Positions 12,075 through 25,739 of a stretch of 64,000 nt of DNA are shown piece after piece. The stretch is from Lama guanicoe (Eukaryota). The position numbers and the translations under genes were made by a program. Under the pieces are notes generated by a model. It was given only the letters and a program-made list of their open reading frames with translations, had not been told where the DNA came from and ran no database searches. The stretch is from positions 6,773,838 to 6,837,837 of the forward strand of contig MU056050.1 of NCBI GenBank assembly GCA_013239625.1. The letters are read 5' to 3'. The number at the start of each line of letters is the position of its first letter. Position 1 is the stretch's first letter.

Positions 12075-14150
12075 CTCGTTCATTCTTTCAACAAACATTT
12101 ATTGAGCACCTACTGTGTGCCAGGCACTGTGCTAGGCGCTGGGGATGTCAGTGACTAACACACAGTCCCTGTCCTTGAGGAGCTCACAGTCTATTGGAGA
12201 GAAACATACATAAACACACAGCTAAGGAGCTACCATGTGCTAAGTGCTACAATGAGAGGTATATACAAAGTGCTGTGGGAGCCCAGAGGAGGAAGTAATG
12301 CATCAGCTGCTGGGGGTGAGGAGCAAGTCTCAACTCCATTAAACCATTGCAAAGGCAGGGGTGTTATTGCCACTCGACCCTGGTTGAAATGAACTGTCTC
12401 CTCTAGCCCTCTCCCATTACTATATCAGCACAGGTTAGTTTATCAGATTAGCTAATTTAACACTTCGAGTAGGAAAGAAACTGGACAGGGAAGTTTCTTT
12501 AAGGGTAGAGGATGTTCAAAGTAGTAACAACTCTTGGGTGCTAAGGGTGGGGCGGGGGTGGGGGTACCATGAAGGCACTGAGCCAGGGAGGGCAGGCCCT
12601 GGGCAGTGGAGCACCTGGGGTGAGTGCCTGTGCAAAGGGAAGGTCAGAGGTCAACTACCTCAAACTTTGGTCCCCACTTCTCCCCAGCTCAATCAGTAAC
12701 CGTTAACTGATGCTCACTAGATGCTTTGTACTATGCCCTGCTCTTTGGGTTAAACAGTCCCCCACCCCTCAGAAGGTAACACACTAATTAGGGATACTAA
12801 ATAGGAACAGGTCATTGAGGATTTAAGTAACAGTTTGTGATCATTACAGAGATGTCACAGGCTGTTTACAATCGGTTGCCAAAAAAGTGGCAGTTGCAAT
12901 AAATTTAAATTGAACTCACTTAAGGATAGGCTGGTCTGGGGAGGCAGCTTCCATGAATTGAGCCTTGAAGGATGGGTACACTTTAACTGGTACTGGCGGG
13001 GTGGGAAGAACATTCTGATTGAGCAGAACCAAGTAAAGCAGAAACACAGAGGTGGGAATCTCCGACAGAGGCATGTTCAAAGGCCAGCAAATCCACCTGT
13101 TTGATTGGAGCAGTCCTCAGCTGGGGGGGGGCAATGTGAGAGAAGACTGAGGAAGTTGGTTAGGATCTGATGGTGAAGGGCCTCGTCGGAAGGTCAAAGA
13201 CTTGGGACGTTATCCAAAGACAGAGCTGATGCTAAACTCAAAATACTTCTAGAAGAACTGCCCTGAGCCCTCAAATGCTCCCCTAACCCTCATCCAAGCC
13301 CCCTGGACTGCCTCGTGATTCAGAAAACAAATGGTTAATGCCCAGCTGCCAAGAACGGACTGGAGGTTAAGTATGTTGAGTATCACCCCTACCTGTAGGC
13401 AGTGAGGAGCCCCTGGAGGCTTTTTGGCAGAGGAAGAACCTAACTGGTGTCCCGGCAGATTGGAGAGGGTGAGACCTCCAATCCTGGGGGCTGCTGATGT
13501 GTCCAGGGAGGGGGATAAGTGAGTGTGAGCTGGGCAGGAGGCTCTGGGCATGTGGAAGAAAGGCCAGATTTGAGAGACATGGCAGACAGTGCTAGCCCTC
13601 AGGAGACGGGGAGGGGACAGGGTCAAAATGAAGGCAGCCACCAGATGGCTCTGAAATATTGAGCTTAGAAGGTCAAGAAAATGGTGGCAACATTTACAGA
13701 AACAGGCAAATCATGACAGCTTTTTGTTTGTCCAGAAAGGTTTTGTGTGTGTGGAAAGACTTTCAAAACCCATTTTGGATAGAGGGACTGACAGACATCT
13801 GGGTAGAAATATCCAGCAGACTGAATAGAAATGTGAGCCAGAAGCTGAGAAGAAAAGTGGGTCTGGAGCTCTACATTTCAGACGCATCCCCAAAGAGCCT
13901 CACCAGAGCCAGGAGGATGGATGAGACCCTTAGGGGCACTGACATTTAAAGTGGTAGCTGTGGAGCTGATGTGGGCCCAGAGAGAGGGCGACAGAGGAAG
14001 CAGTTGAGTTCAGCTGGTGCAGGAGGGTATAGAAGTAGTGTCATGTGCCCCTGTGATGGCTCACAGGGGCCAAGAACGGGGAAGAAGACATTCACTGTCA
14101 TTTGTGAGGGTATCAATGACCTTCAGATGATGAGTTCTATGGAGCTGGGG
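12075..14150 (-). mobile_element. L2 LINE 3' end and further L2 fragments
   Basis: cattctttcaacaaacatttattgagcacctactgtgtgccaggcactgtgctagg at 12081-12135 is the classic L2 tail; L2-like blocks continue discontinuously to about 14150. Confidence 0.7.
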
Positions 14151-14249
14151 TGTGGGGGCCAGGGACACCTGTAACCCATGTGGCACCTTTGTGCAAAAAA
14201 TTTTTAAAGCTGACTATTTCTCAAGATGCTTTAATTTCCACCACCAGGA

Positions 14250-16028
14250 AATCATCATAGTAAACTGATTTTATTTGAAAAAGGCACGTGAATGCCAAGT
14301 GCTGAAGACGTGTAATAAACACACCTGTACAACCATCTATGGTTCCCTCCTGGGGGAGAAGAGGGAGAACAAGAAGAAGTAAGAGAGCATGACCATGGAT
14401 TTGGCAGTGACCACCAGGAGAGAGAGAAGAGCAACCAGGGGAGGTAGTCAGGTCAAGTGGCTGGGTTGTATCGAGGACATAGCAGAGGTCCTGAGACACT
14501 GCTTCACATTAACCAAATTCACTAGATCACATCACTGTTTCTGAGGCTGACGGGTCAGAGCTCTTAGCTTTGCTCCCAAACTTGGCAGGAGAGAGGAAAG
14601 CGAATTCACAGAAGATGGGGGGAGGGGATGGAGGCCTGAGGCCAAGGGGTTGACTTTGAGAGAACTGGCTGACCCCGTCCTCAGCAAGAGGAAAGATGGA
14701 AAGAAGGAGCCCTGGAGAGTGAGGAGGGACAGGGAGATCACATCTGCTGGCTCCCGTCTTCTTCATGGAGGAGGAATCGGGGTGAGATGCGAAAGCTGGA
14801 GATCAGGGGCAACGGCCCCCTGGAGGAGGTCTGCTGCAGCCATCATGGGAGTGGGTGGGTGGGCAGACCTGTGAGAGGAGTAGAAAGCGGGCTGAGCAGC
14901 AAGTAGGCACGAGCAGGAACAGAGGTGAGCCCAAGGCACTTTGCAACCCAACCATCCCCGGCACCACCTGACAACAGGGAAATAGCAGAGGCGAGAAATT
15001 AATCAAGAGGGAAGCAGGGGTCTGGGGTGCAGGCCAGGGTGCCTGTGAAGGCTGGTATTACAGCCCCAGCCCTTGGCGCCAACATTCAACTAATTTAGCC
15101 ACCTCCCACCCCAGGACTTCGTGGCTGGGTCTGACCCTGGAGGGGCACGTCTGCAAAGCTCTCTGGGGAGATCAAGTTTCCAGCCTGCTGGCAAATGACT
15201 GGTGGGCGATGAGGCTGACTCCAGGAAGAGGACCTCAGTCCAGCCTGGGGTGCTGCTCCCCAGAGCTGAATTCCTTTCCACTCTTTGTGGTTTTATCCCA
15301 CATGGCCCTCTCTTTGTCCCTTATAACTGCATCTTCCCCAACACACACATGCCCATTGATGCTCTCCTCCCCTGGACCTGCTCCAGCTCTGTGACATCTC
15401 TCCGGATTTGGGGGCTCCAAACCATACCCCACAGTCTCAGAACAACGAAGTCTTGGTTTGTACAAAGGGAACGAGAAAATGCTTTCCCTTAAAAACGAAA
15501 ATTCCCCATCTCTGTGGCTGAGCCACAGAGAGACACACACACCCTTGAAAACCTCACGGCTACACCCCTGTCCTCACCAAAGAAACGGAGATACAGACCC
15601 ACGAGTACACACAAATACATACAGAGATAGTCACATACGGGATAGTAAATACTCTGTGGAGGGAACGAAGATGGTGAAATACAGCTGGAAGAAAAGACTT
15701 CTCAAGAAACCCCTACCCCAGCACTGGTCACAAATGTCTCAGGGGGTTCTCCCTCCATCACCAAGTCAGCCCAGTACCCCGACGAGCTCATATCCCCTAG
15801 TGCTCTTGAAAGCCATGGTCTGATGCCAGGGATGCTCCAGCTGGGCATCAGCTGTCTTGGCTATGGTGACAGCAGGCAGGGGTGGGGGACGGAGGGTCTG
15901 GTGCATTGACACCTCACTGAAATGTAAGGGCAGGTGCGCTACTTAAGTCAGTCCATGTTAGAGGAAGTCTGAATACAAAGGCTGCTCAACCTTGCCTGGT
16001 GGACCACACCTTCCCCCGCCCCCTCCAT
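14250..16028 (-). other. ELF4: ELF4 3'UTR (about 1.8 kb)
   Basis: Lies between the stop codon and the AATAAA at 14270-14275; the cleavage site is estimated about 20 nt downstream of the signal. Confidence 0.75.
14270..14275 (-). terminator. ELF4 polyadenylation signal AATAAA
   Basis: TTTATT on the + strand at the distal end of the 3'UTR; on the - strand it is followed by U/GU-rich sequence. Confidence 0.75.
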
Positions 16029-16943
<915 letters not shown>

Positions 16944-17029
16944 TTAGTATAGGTCACTTAGTATAGATCAGGGGTTATTCTAAATGGCTGGCATGCGGGA
17001 TTTCACTCAATCTTCCAATCAGCCCATTA

Positions 17030-17140
17030 ACAATCTGACTTTACTGGGTGACGAAACAGGCACAGAGAGGTTAGGTAACTTGCCCTAGACCACACAGCTA
17101 GTACCAGGGACACATCTAGGCTTTCTGACTCCACAACTCA
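17030..17140 (-). mobile_element. MIR fragment
   Basis: gaaacaggcacagagaggttaggtaacttgccctagaccacacagctagt. Confidence 0.7.
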
Positions 17141-17716
17141 TGTTGGTCACTGCTCCGCTTTCCTGACCTCCCTCCTCAGAAGAGCATTCCAGTGACCCAC
17201 CCTGAGTACTGACGGGCACATACATATAACTCAGACAAAGCCCAAACGTTTCAGGGAGAATTGGAGACAACTTAGTGTGGACAAGAAGCGAGAGCTTTCC
17301 CAATGGGCTTGGAGGGCCTGAGGAAGGCAGAACGGGCTTTTCTGTAACATTCTCTGTTGCCTCTTTTCTGAAGTAGAGGAGGGAGGCTTGGGAGGATGGG
17401 CCCGGAGGCGGAGGTGGCTGGTGGCTGCTTGGGGAGCAGTCTAGGGTAACAAGAACAGCCTCAGTTGGCAACAGAAGAAAGCTCTTTCAAGGTCAAGTGC
17501 TTTTCTTTCAAGTGCTGGCTTGGCTGTTACTTTGGTGTGTGACCTCAGGCAAGTCGCTTTTCCTCTTTTAACCAACAAGTGTGTCCCCCTGCCTTCCCAG
17601 GAATGCTGTGAGGATGGCAGGAGACCGGAGACACAGCAGGGCTTTGCAAGAAGTTGAAAACTGCCCCCCAACATCAGGTACTCTGGGAAGATTCAGAACA
17701 ACTGTGGAGCCCTTAC

Positions 17717-18094
17717 CTCACAGCTTTGGTGAGTTGGGCCTGGCTCTCTGGTGGAGAGACAAGCACGGCAGAGGTAGTTGGGGGCTCCTCGTCTAGAGAT
17801 AGTCCCAATTCCAGACTCGCAGATGGCTGGAGACCAACGTGCTGAACCTTTGGTTTCTCCCAGGAAGAGCCACCCTTGCCCTGCGGCGCAGCTTTGGATG
17901 AGACCCTGGAGCTGGCTCTCCGGGTGGTGCCAGTGGAGGAGGTGGAGGGAATGGAGGCCGGAGGGGACGAGGCGGTGACTTCGCTTTTCTCATCCTCATC
18001 TTCAATCACCACCAGGTCCTTGGGCATCTCCTTAAACTGGTACACCAGCCTCTGCCCTTCCACTTTGGCCAGGATGCCTCTTTGGTAGTAATAT
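17717..18094 (-). CDS. ELF4: ELF4 exon 8, 378 bp (end of ETS domain plus S/T-rich region)
   Basis: Acceptor cctgc[28 protein letters not shown]...LTKAV(S); donor GTAAGG. Confidence 0.96.
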
Positions 18095-18766
18095 CTGCAG
18101 GACGTGGGGTGGAGAGTGGGGAGTCAGCCCAGGACACACCACCCTCCAGGGCAGGGCATGCAGGGGGCCGCCGAGGCTGGCCAGGGAGCCAGACAGGAGA
18201 CCATGGGCAAAGGAAGGGTAGGGCCAACTCTTAGACTTGGAAGACTTTTGATGACTCAAAGGGTCCACAAAAAGGGATTTCAAATACCAACCCCCATCCT
18301 GCTTTGGGGTAGAGGATGGGGGGCGGGGGAGTGAAGGATGAGAGAGGTGATGATGGGGGGTTCGGCAGCCCCCCAGCCTGAGAGACCAACAGGGGGTAAG
18401 TCAGACCTGTCTTCCTGGGTCCCTGACTTGCAGAATGTGAAGGAAGCCCTTCCTGGGGATGGGAGGCCCTAAAATTCTCTTTCCATTCTGAAATGAGAAA
18501 AGGCTAGGACAGAAATGCCAGGGGAAGGGGACTGTTCCTCCCTAGTAGGACCTGGGAAATGGGCTGGAGAGCCAGCAGATGGGAGAGTGCCAGGACTTCC
18601 CTCCTCAGAAGAGCATCTCAGTGACCTGTCCCAGAGGACCATAACCCAGACAAAGCCCAATCTTTTCTGGGAAAACTGGAGGCCCCTTAGGGACAGGGAC
18701 TCCTTGGAGAGAAGGAAGAGCATGGCGACTCCACAGGGCAGGGACCCTGTGGTGTGGCCGCTCCTA

Positions 18767-19015
<249 letters not shown>

Positions 19016-19037
19016 CTAACCTGCCTCCCAGCCATAC

Positions 19038-19121
19038 CTTTGCCGTCCTTTGATTTCTTCCGGATGGGGATGCTGGGGTCAGTGACAGGTGAGGTACAGC
19101 GGTTGCCCTTGGTCTTCCGGA
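19038..19121 (-). CDS. ELF4: ELF4 exon 6, 84 bp
   Basis: Acceptor ccctcacAG, donor GTATGG; (I)[27 protein letters not shown]. Confidence 0.94.
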
Positions 19122-19959
19122 CTGTGAGGGGAAGGTGAGAGCAGGATGAGGCTGAGCCCTGGGTAAGTGCTGCAGGGCAGGCTCCCCAGGGGGAGGGCCT
19201 GAGACCTCACCAAGTTGGGTGCAACAAGGCAGACAAGGAAGAGTCAGGTTGCTGAGGCTGGAGCCCCAGGATCGCTCCCCATAGGCACAGCCTTCAGGCA
19301 CCCATGCCTGCCCAACAGCCCGCCCTCCTTTCCATTCCCCAAAGGTAGAGAACACTGCTATGATGTGGGGCAATGGAGAGCTTGCCAGTCAGCCACCTTA
19401 AGAAGAACAGAATCCACCCTGTCTAATTTTTGAAGCAAAACGGCAGCCTAAAGGCGTGACTCTCGTGTAGATCAGTGTGGCACTGGGCTTGGGTGGCTAC
19501 ACTTACGCAGCACAATTGGCCAGCCATTGCCTGAGTAAATCAATAACACTGGGGCTTGGGAAAGCCCAAAGTCCTTTCCCATATATGGTCTCGGCTCTGC
19601 AAGCTCTGAGGAGGAAAATAAGCACATGGTACAAAGCAGAGGTGCCCTGAGGGCCAGGGACTGGCCAGGGGGTCAAGCCTGGTGTCCGAAAACCCAGCGC
19701 AGGATTCAACCCACTGGGCTCCTGGACATTTCTGGAAGACATTACACATCTGCTGGGCAGGCCGGAGTGGCCTGGGAAATGGCAGGCACTGGGCAGGCCA
19801 ACTGATGGAGCCAGGTTTTCCCAAAGGAAGGACTTTCTGTCCATCCCTGCCCCACCAAACAGCTGAACTCTTCATGTGTCTGTGAGCCTCACCCCCACCT
19901 TTATGATCTTCCTGAGCACTTCCTTCCACCCACCCCCTTGAAGAAACTCTCTCTCTTAC

Positions 19960-20151
19960 TTCTCTTCTTTGATTTTCCAGTCTTCTTGCCACTTTCTTCT
20001 CTAGGGACCTTCTCCTCCAGACAATGCTCTTCCTGGTCACCAGTGTCACCAGCCCTGTTCAGGGCATCAGGCTCAGAGACAGGAAACAGGTAGTTGGGCA
20101 GAGTGATGGCTGGAGCCGGATCTGGGTCTGGAAGCATTTCGGAGGTGCTGA
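19960..20151 (-). CDS. ELF4: ELF4 exon 5, 192 bp
   Basis: Acceptor ccttgcAG, donor GTAAGA; (F)[23 protein letters not shown]...[12 protein letters not shown] with a basic NLS-like end. Confidence 0.94.
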
Positions 20152-20980
20152 CTGCAAGGAGAGAGGCCTGAGGTGTCTGGGGCCTGGCGCACAGTGGGGG
20201 CCTGGTCTCCCAGTGCCAGAGAGAATGATGGGCTCCTGAGGAGAGCAAGGCGCCATTCCCCACAGCCTCAGACACAGGATACACCTGAAAACGCCCCATG
20301 TGTCCCACACCATGAGGAGAGGAAACATCTGCAGAGCTGTGGGCACGGGCTGGCTCCAATCACGGCAGCCACACGTAGAGCCCACTGCTGCTAGTGGGGA
20401 AGTTCCAGGCGACACTCAGGGAAGAGGGCCACCTTGATTTAGTCATTCACTCATTTTACAGGTGGGAAGGGCCTTAGACATCATTTGGCCCAATTCTTCT
20501 GCTTTACTTGTGAAGAAACTGAGACCCAGAGATGGTAGGGCACATGCCCAAGGTCACACAGCCAGTTGGTGCCAGGTACACATAGGCACTCAGTGAACAG
20601 CTGTTGAATCCTGAATATTAGTGACAGAGATGGGATTAGGGATGCCAGGATTCTGCACTTGTGGCTTCAGGGCTTTCTTTCCCCCACTGTATCCTAGCGC
20701 TGCACCCCCTTGGAAAGGGGCAGTTGGGGCCAGGAGTCCTCCTGTGGAGCCACGGCAAACGCCTGAGGGGGTGCAGGGGGGGAGGAGCTTGCTTCGGGGG
20801 CATAGGAGGAGGTAGGGGCCAACCTCCAAGACCAGGGAAGGGATGAGGAGGCTCCAAGCCTGGTACATTTCTCAATAAGCCACACCCTGCACAGTCTTCC
20901 TAGGAGCTCAGCAAGGGAGCAGAGGGGCCTGAAAGGTTACCCTGGCCAATATTATTTACCCTTAAAAGGAAAGGAAATTC

Positions 20981-21105
20981 TAGTGGGGGATGGTAGAGCG
21001 CCTGCTTAGCATGCATGAGGTCCTGGGTTCAATCCCCAGTACCTCCATTAAGATAAATAAAGAAACAAACCTAATTACCTCCCCCAAAAGTTAAAAAAAA
21101 ACCTT
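20981..21105 (+). mobile_element. tRNA-derived SINE (camelid-type) inserted into an L1 3' end
   Basis: ggtagagcgcctgcttagcatgcatgaggtcctgggttcaatccccagtacctcc with A/B-box-like motifs and an A-rich tail; flanked by aaaaggaa(a)ggaaatt direct repeats. Confidence 0.85.
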
Positions 21106-21440
21106 TAAAAAAGGAAGGAAATTAAATGAAGTAAGCCAGTCCCCCGAAAACATGTACTGTATAATCCTACTTATCTGAGGTCCCTAGAGGAGTAAAGTCA
21201 TTGCAACAGAAAGTAGAATGGTGGCTGCCAGGGGCTGAGAGGAGGGGGAATGGGGGGTTAGTGTTTAATGGGGCAGAGTTTCAGTTTTGCAAGTTGTAAA
21301 GAGTCCTGGAGATGGAGAGTGGTGATGGGTGCACAACATAACAAATGTACTTAACACCACAGAACTGTACACTGAAAAACGGTTAAGGTGGTCAATTTTG
21401 TGTTACATGTATTTTACTGCAATTTAAAAATTGGAAAAAA
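21106..21440 (+). mobile_element. L1M 3'-end fragment
   Basis: aaatgaagtaagccag...gaaagtagaatggtggctgccagggg...gtacttaacaccacagaactgtacac. Confidence 0.85.
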
Positions 21441-21651
21441 AGTCACCCTGGCTATCTTTTCCTTGTCTCCAGTGCCCTCCTTCCCTCGCCCATTCCAGCC
21501 ACAGCTCAAGAGCACATTTACATGTACACCTGGATAGGTATAGGTACGTAAACCTGTGCACATGTGTCCCTGAGAATCCAGTATACCAATGTGATGTTTA
21601 AAAATGAGATTTTGTGTTGCCTCGAGTTAAGGAACTGGGGTTCAAACTTAC

Positions 21652-21744
21652 AGATCTGCTTCTCATCCAGGATGTCGTTGGGAGACTCGACATTGAGCAA
21701 GACTTCAGTGGTTGACATGGTTTGCGAGTTTGCTTCATTGTCAT
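21652..21744 (-). CDS. ELF4: ELF4 exon 4, 93 bp
   Basis: Acceptor catcAG, donor [37 protein letters not shown]. Confidence 0.94.
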
Positions 21745-22081
21745 CTGATGCCAGGTTCCATGGCGGGGAGAAAAGAAAAGTTCCCTCAGGGCATAGGGCA
21801 GCGGGTGCAGCTACATCCAGGGCCAGCCCAGAGAACAGTGCTAAGGAGCCCTGGGACAGCCTGGAAGGGACCAGCGCACCTCCCACCCTGATTCTCGACC
21901 TTTTCTCTTTGCCCACGCCAGCTAGTCTCCCTTCCTCCTTGCCCCACTCCATCTTGGAAGAGCACGCATCCATCTAGAGGGTTTCCTTCTCTGTGGAGTG
22001 GTACTACCTTCTGCTTATCCTAATAACCCCATCTAATTTCCCACCATTGGTGGCCTTGCCCTTGGCTTTGTGGAGTCACTA

Positions 22082-22357
<276 letters not shown>

Positions 22358-23514
22358 TCAATCCCACTTGCTTCCACCAGGAAGCCCTCCCCAACACAAT
22401 CTGGCCCTTCTTGCAATTCCTAATTCTTGGATCCCTCAAAGGCTGTCCTTTGCATGGCACAACATTGCTCTGGGTCCAGCCTCACTAGGAGATGCTTTGA
22501 GCGGGTTCTTGATTAATAGAGATGAGTTAGCTCTGTACCACCTGCACTCAACCAAGGGCAGACAGTTTTAACTGGTTGGAGTTATGAGTTAATCCATGGC
22601 CAGGGTTAGTGCTCAGACCATGAGAAGGGCTGGGCTCATTCTGAGGCCAGTGGGAAAGGATACGTCAACAGCAAGGGTGAGGGACTCAGCCCACACTCAG
22701 GGTTGGGTACCAGGGTTAGGGGCTCAGATTATGAACAGCTTAGGACTCAGTCTGTGGCAATGAAGACAGAAGAGCAGAGGCAGTAGAGAGGTAGAAAGTT
22801 AAGGGCCTAGTGCCTGCCTGGATGGGGGAGAGGGTTCCAATTTCTGGCTTGATTCAGTGGGTGTGGTGGGACACTGTTCTTGCTAAGGGGGACGCCAAGA
22901 GGAGGAGGAGCAGACTTTTGGAGAAGGATAAGGGAGACAGTGTCTGGATATGGTGAATTTGAGTTAGCTTTGAGATATTTAAAACATAGATACCTATCAG
23001 GGAGTCAAAAATATGTGTCCAAGAGCTTATCCCTTGGAGTGGATAAAATTATCAGGATGAGAATTTGACCTCCAGAGGACATAGTTGTTCTAAAACCAAA
23101 CAAAGCTAAAATTTAAAAGAAATGAGTGTGATTTTTTGCAACTGTTTTTGAAAAAAATTTGCATAGAAGGAAACATACCAGAATGTTCATAATAATTACA
23201 TTTTGGTTGTGGGGCTTTGGGTGATTTTTTTCCCTTTCTACTTCTCTATATTTTCCAAATATTCTTTCATGGGCCTGTTAATTCTTTCTTCATGAGAAAA
23301 CAATGAGAATGCTCAGTTCTACCTAATGTTCCTGAAGAGTCTAGAAGAATAAAATTCGATTAAACTGCCTTTGGGTTTGGCTGCTGGGCAGTCACCAAGG
23401 CCGGGGCAGTTCTGGGGGAGTACTAGTGTCCCAAGACCCATTACAACAGATCTCAGAGAGGATGGACCGAGGCAGGTAGGCAGGCGGGTGTCATGAGTAA
23501 GGCCACAGAGTCTA

Positions 23515-23815
23515 GAGCCAACTGTCCAATACTGTAACCATGAGCACTGGTGACTGTTTAAATGTAAATGGAGGGGGAGGGTACACCTCAGTGGTAGAGT
23601 GCTCACCTAGCATCCATGAGGTCCTGGGTTCAATTCCCAGTACTTCCACTAAAAATTTTTTTAATGTAAATGTAAATTTTTTCAAAATTAAAAATTCAGC
23701 TCTTCAGTTGCACTAGCCATAGTTCAAGTGCTCCATAGCCACGTGGCCCCCATACTGGACAGCGCACATAAAGAACACTTCAAGCATCTCGGAAAATTCT
23801 ATTGGACTGCACTGG
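23515..23815 (-). mobile_element. MER3/MER33-like hAT-Charlie relic, interrupted by the SINE
   Basis: ctgtccaatac...gcactagccatagttcaagtgctccatagccacgtgg...ttctattggactgcactg. Confidence 0.7.
23571..23662 (+). mobile_element. tRNA-derived SINE (camelid-type) with TSD
   Basis: ggggagggtacacctcagtggtagag...gaggtcctgggttcaattcccagtac; TSD aatgtaaatg at 23561-23570 and 23663-23672. Confidence 0.88.
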
Positions 23816-23819
23816 TATA

Positions 23820-24030
23820 GAGCCAGACCACCTGGGTTTGAAACCAAGCATTGCTATTTACTAGCAGTGTGACCTTGGACAAGTTATCTAACCTTTCTGT
23901 GCATCAGTTTCCTCATTTATACAATTGGAGTGATCATATCATTGACCCCACAGGGTTGTTTAAATGGATCAATGCACATAAAGCACTTAGCACAGGGCCT
24001 GGCATAGAGTGGGGTCTCATTGCATGTTTT
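23820..24030 (+). mobile_element. MIR SINE
   Basis: MIR core: gtgtgaccttggacaagttatctaacctttctgtgcatcagtttcctcatttatacaa. Confidence 0.8.
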
Positions 24031-25667
24031 AGTATCAGGGGCTTCTAGAGACTGGGAATGTTTTATTTCTTAATCTGGGTGGCAAGTTCATGGGTGTTCA
24101 TTTTATAGTCATTCTTTTAAAAATTATATAAAGTGTATGCACTGTTTTGTATTTATGATGCATTTTGCAACAAAAATTGTTTCCTAAAAAGAGTGAGAAA
24201 AGAGGTGAGAAAGTAAACACAGAGGGTGGAGGCCATGCTGTGGAGAAGAAAAGAGCTAAGAAGGTGGTCATATTGAAGGCGGTGGGCAGAAGGGAGCAAA
24301 GGTTTTCTCTTAGGGTTGGGGAGAAATGAAGATGTTCTAGGTTGAGGGAACAGTTCTGGGAGGTCTGAAAGATACAAGAGAGAGAGGAAGTGATGGATGG
24401 TTTGAGGTCTGGAAGATGGCAAGGGAGAAGAGAGTAAGCACTGGGGTAGGAGTTACCCTTGGAAGGAAGAGCGATGCTTCTTTCTTCAAGGCTGGCGGGA
24501 AGGAAATAAGAACAGGTGATGTTACTGCTAGGGGGAGAAGGGAGGGGAACCGAGGGTGCCCTTGGCCTGAGATTCTCTGTGAATTGGAGGAGAGGCTCTC
24601 TGTTGAGGGTGGGGGAGGGGCAGGTGTGGGGTTGGGAGGTATGAACAGCTTTTATGAAGAGCAGCCTTTATATAGAACAGAAATAATTGCTGAGTGGACT
24701 AGAAACAAGTAAAAAATTACCAGTAGCTTTGAGAACCCAGGTAAGGTTTGATTTTTTTTCCTCCCTTTCACAAGGTGCTGGATAAAACTGAGCCACTTTA
24801 GGTAAGAACTAGCTGGACAGAAAGTATCATTTGCTCCAAGCCCACTAGGGGGCAGCCTTTGGCAGGCCACTGGAGATGGGACAAAGTTTCCCATCCTCAC
24901 AGGGATTTGGGATAGACAGCATCAGAGTAAGTCTGGGGTGTCCTTAGAGATAATCCACCTGGATCTCCTCTTGGTGAAGATGGGGAGATGGCAGCCAGAT
25001 GGACAGGGGACATTACTTGCCCAAGTGACACTGTAGCCCAGGGCTCTGGACTCTGAATCTTCCATTCCTTCTACCGTACCTGGCTGCCTCTTCTTCTCCA
25101 GTTTGTGGAAGGAGGGTAGTGTAGGGTAGGCACAAATGTGCCAGGACACCATCCAATAGGTACATCCAAGTACCTCAGCGCAGGACAAGATATGGAGAAG
25201 TGAGGACCTGAGTGCCAGAACTCTGTCCTATTGTCCAATTTCCTCCCATCAGAAGATCCTATTTCCAGTTTATCCTGAATCTTCAGATCATGGCCAAAAA
25301 CATGGTTATGGAAGGGCCCATCAAATTAGCCTGTGCATTCAGCCCCCGCTGCTGCCTGACTGTGAGCTCAGTGGGTGTACTGAGCAGCCACTCGGCTGGC
25401 TCGGGGCCTACACATGCCCTCTAATCGCACATGGGCAAAACCAGCTCCCTAAATGACTGCCCAGTGACTACAGACTGGCCGCAGGAAACTAGCTGGTGCA
25501 CAATCTGGCTGGCAAGCAGGCCGAGTGGCCTGAACCTAGTAGGCGCTTGATCGATATTTGCTGACTGGCTAGTGGGCCAGCCGGCTGACTCACTGGCTGT
25601 CTGCCTGCCTGTCTGTGTCTATCTGATTGTCCGTGCTGGTGGACCAGGCTGTCCTCTGGGGCCATAC

Positions 25668-25739
25668 CTGGTGGATGTCATCCATCCCGTTGCTTGCAAA
25701 CTCAAAGATCAGGTCACTGGGCTGCAGGGTAACAGCCAT
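25668..25739 (-). CDS. ELF4: ELF4 first coding segment (exon 2), start codon
   Basis: acagcATGg in good Kozak context; [24 protein letters not shown]; donor GTATGG follows 25668. Confidence 0.95.

Noticed and set aside
14281..14299. A miR-124 gene or paralogue on the + strand
   Set aside because: It lacks three central nucleotides and I see no flanking hairpin arm; a target site in the antisense ELF4 mRNA explains it better.
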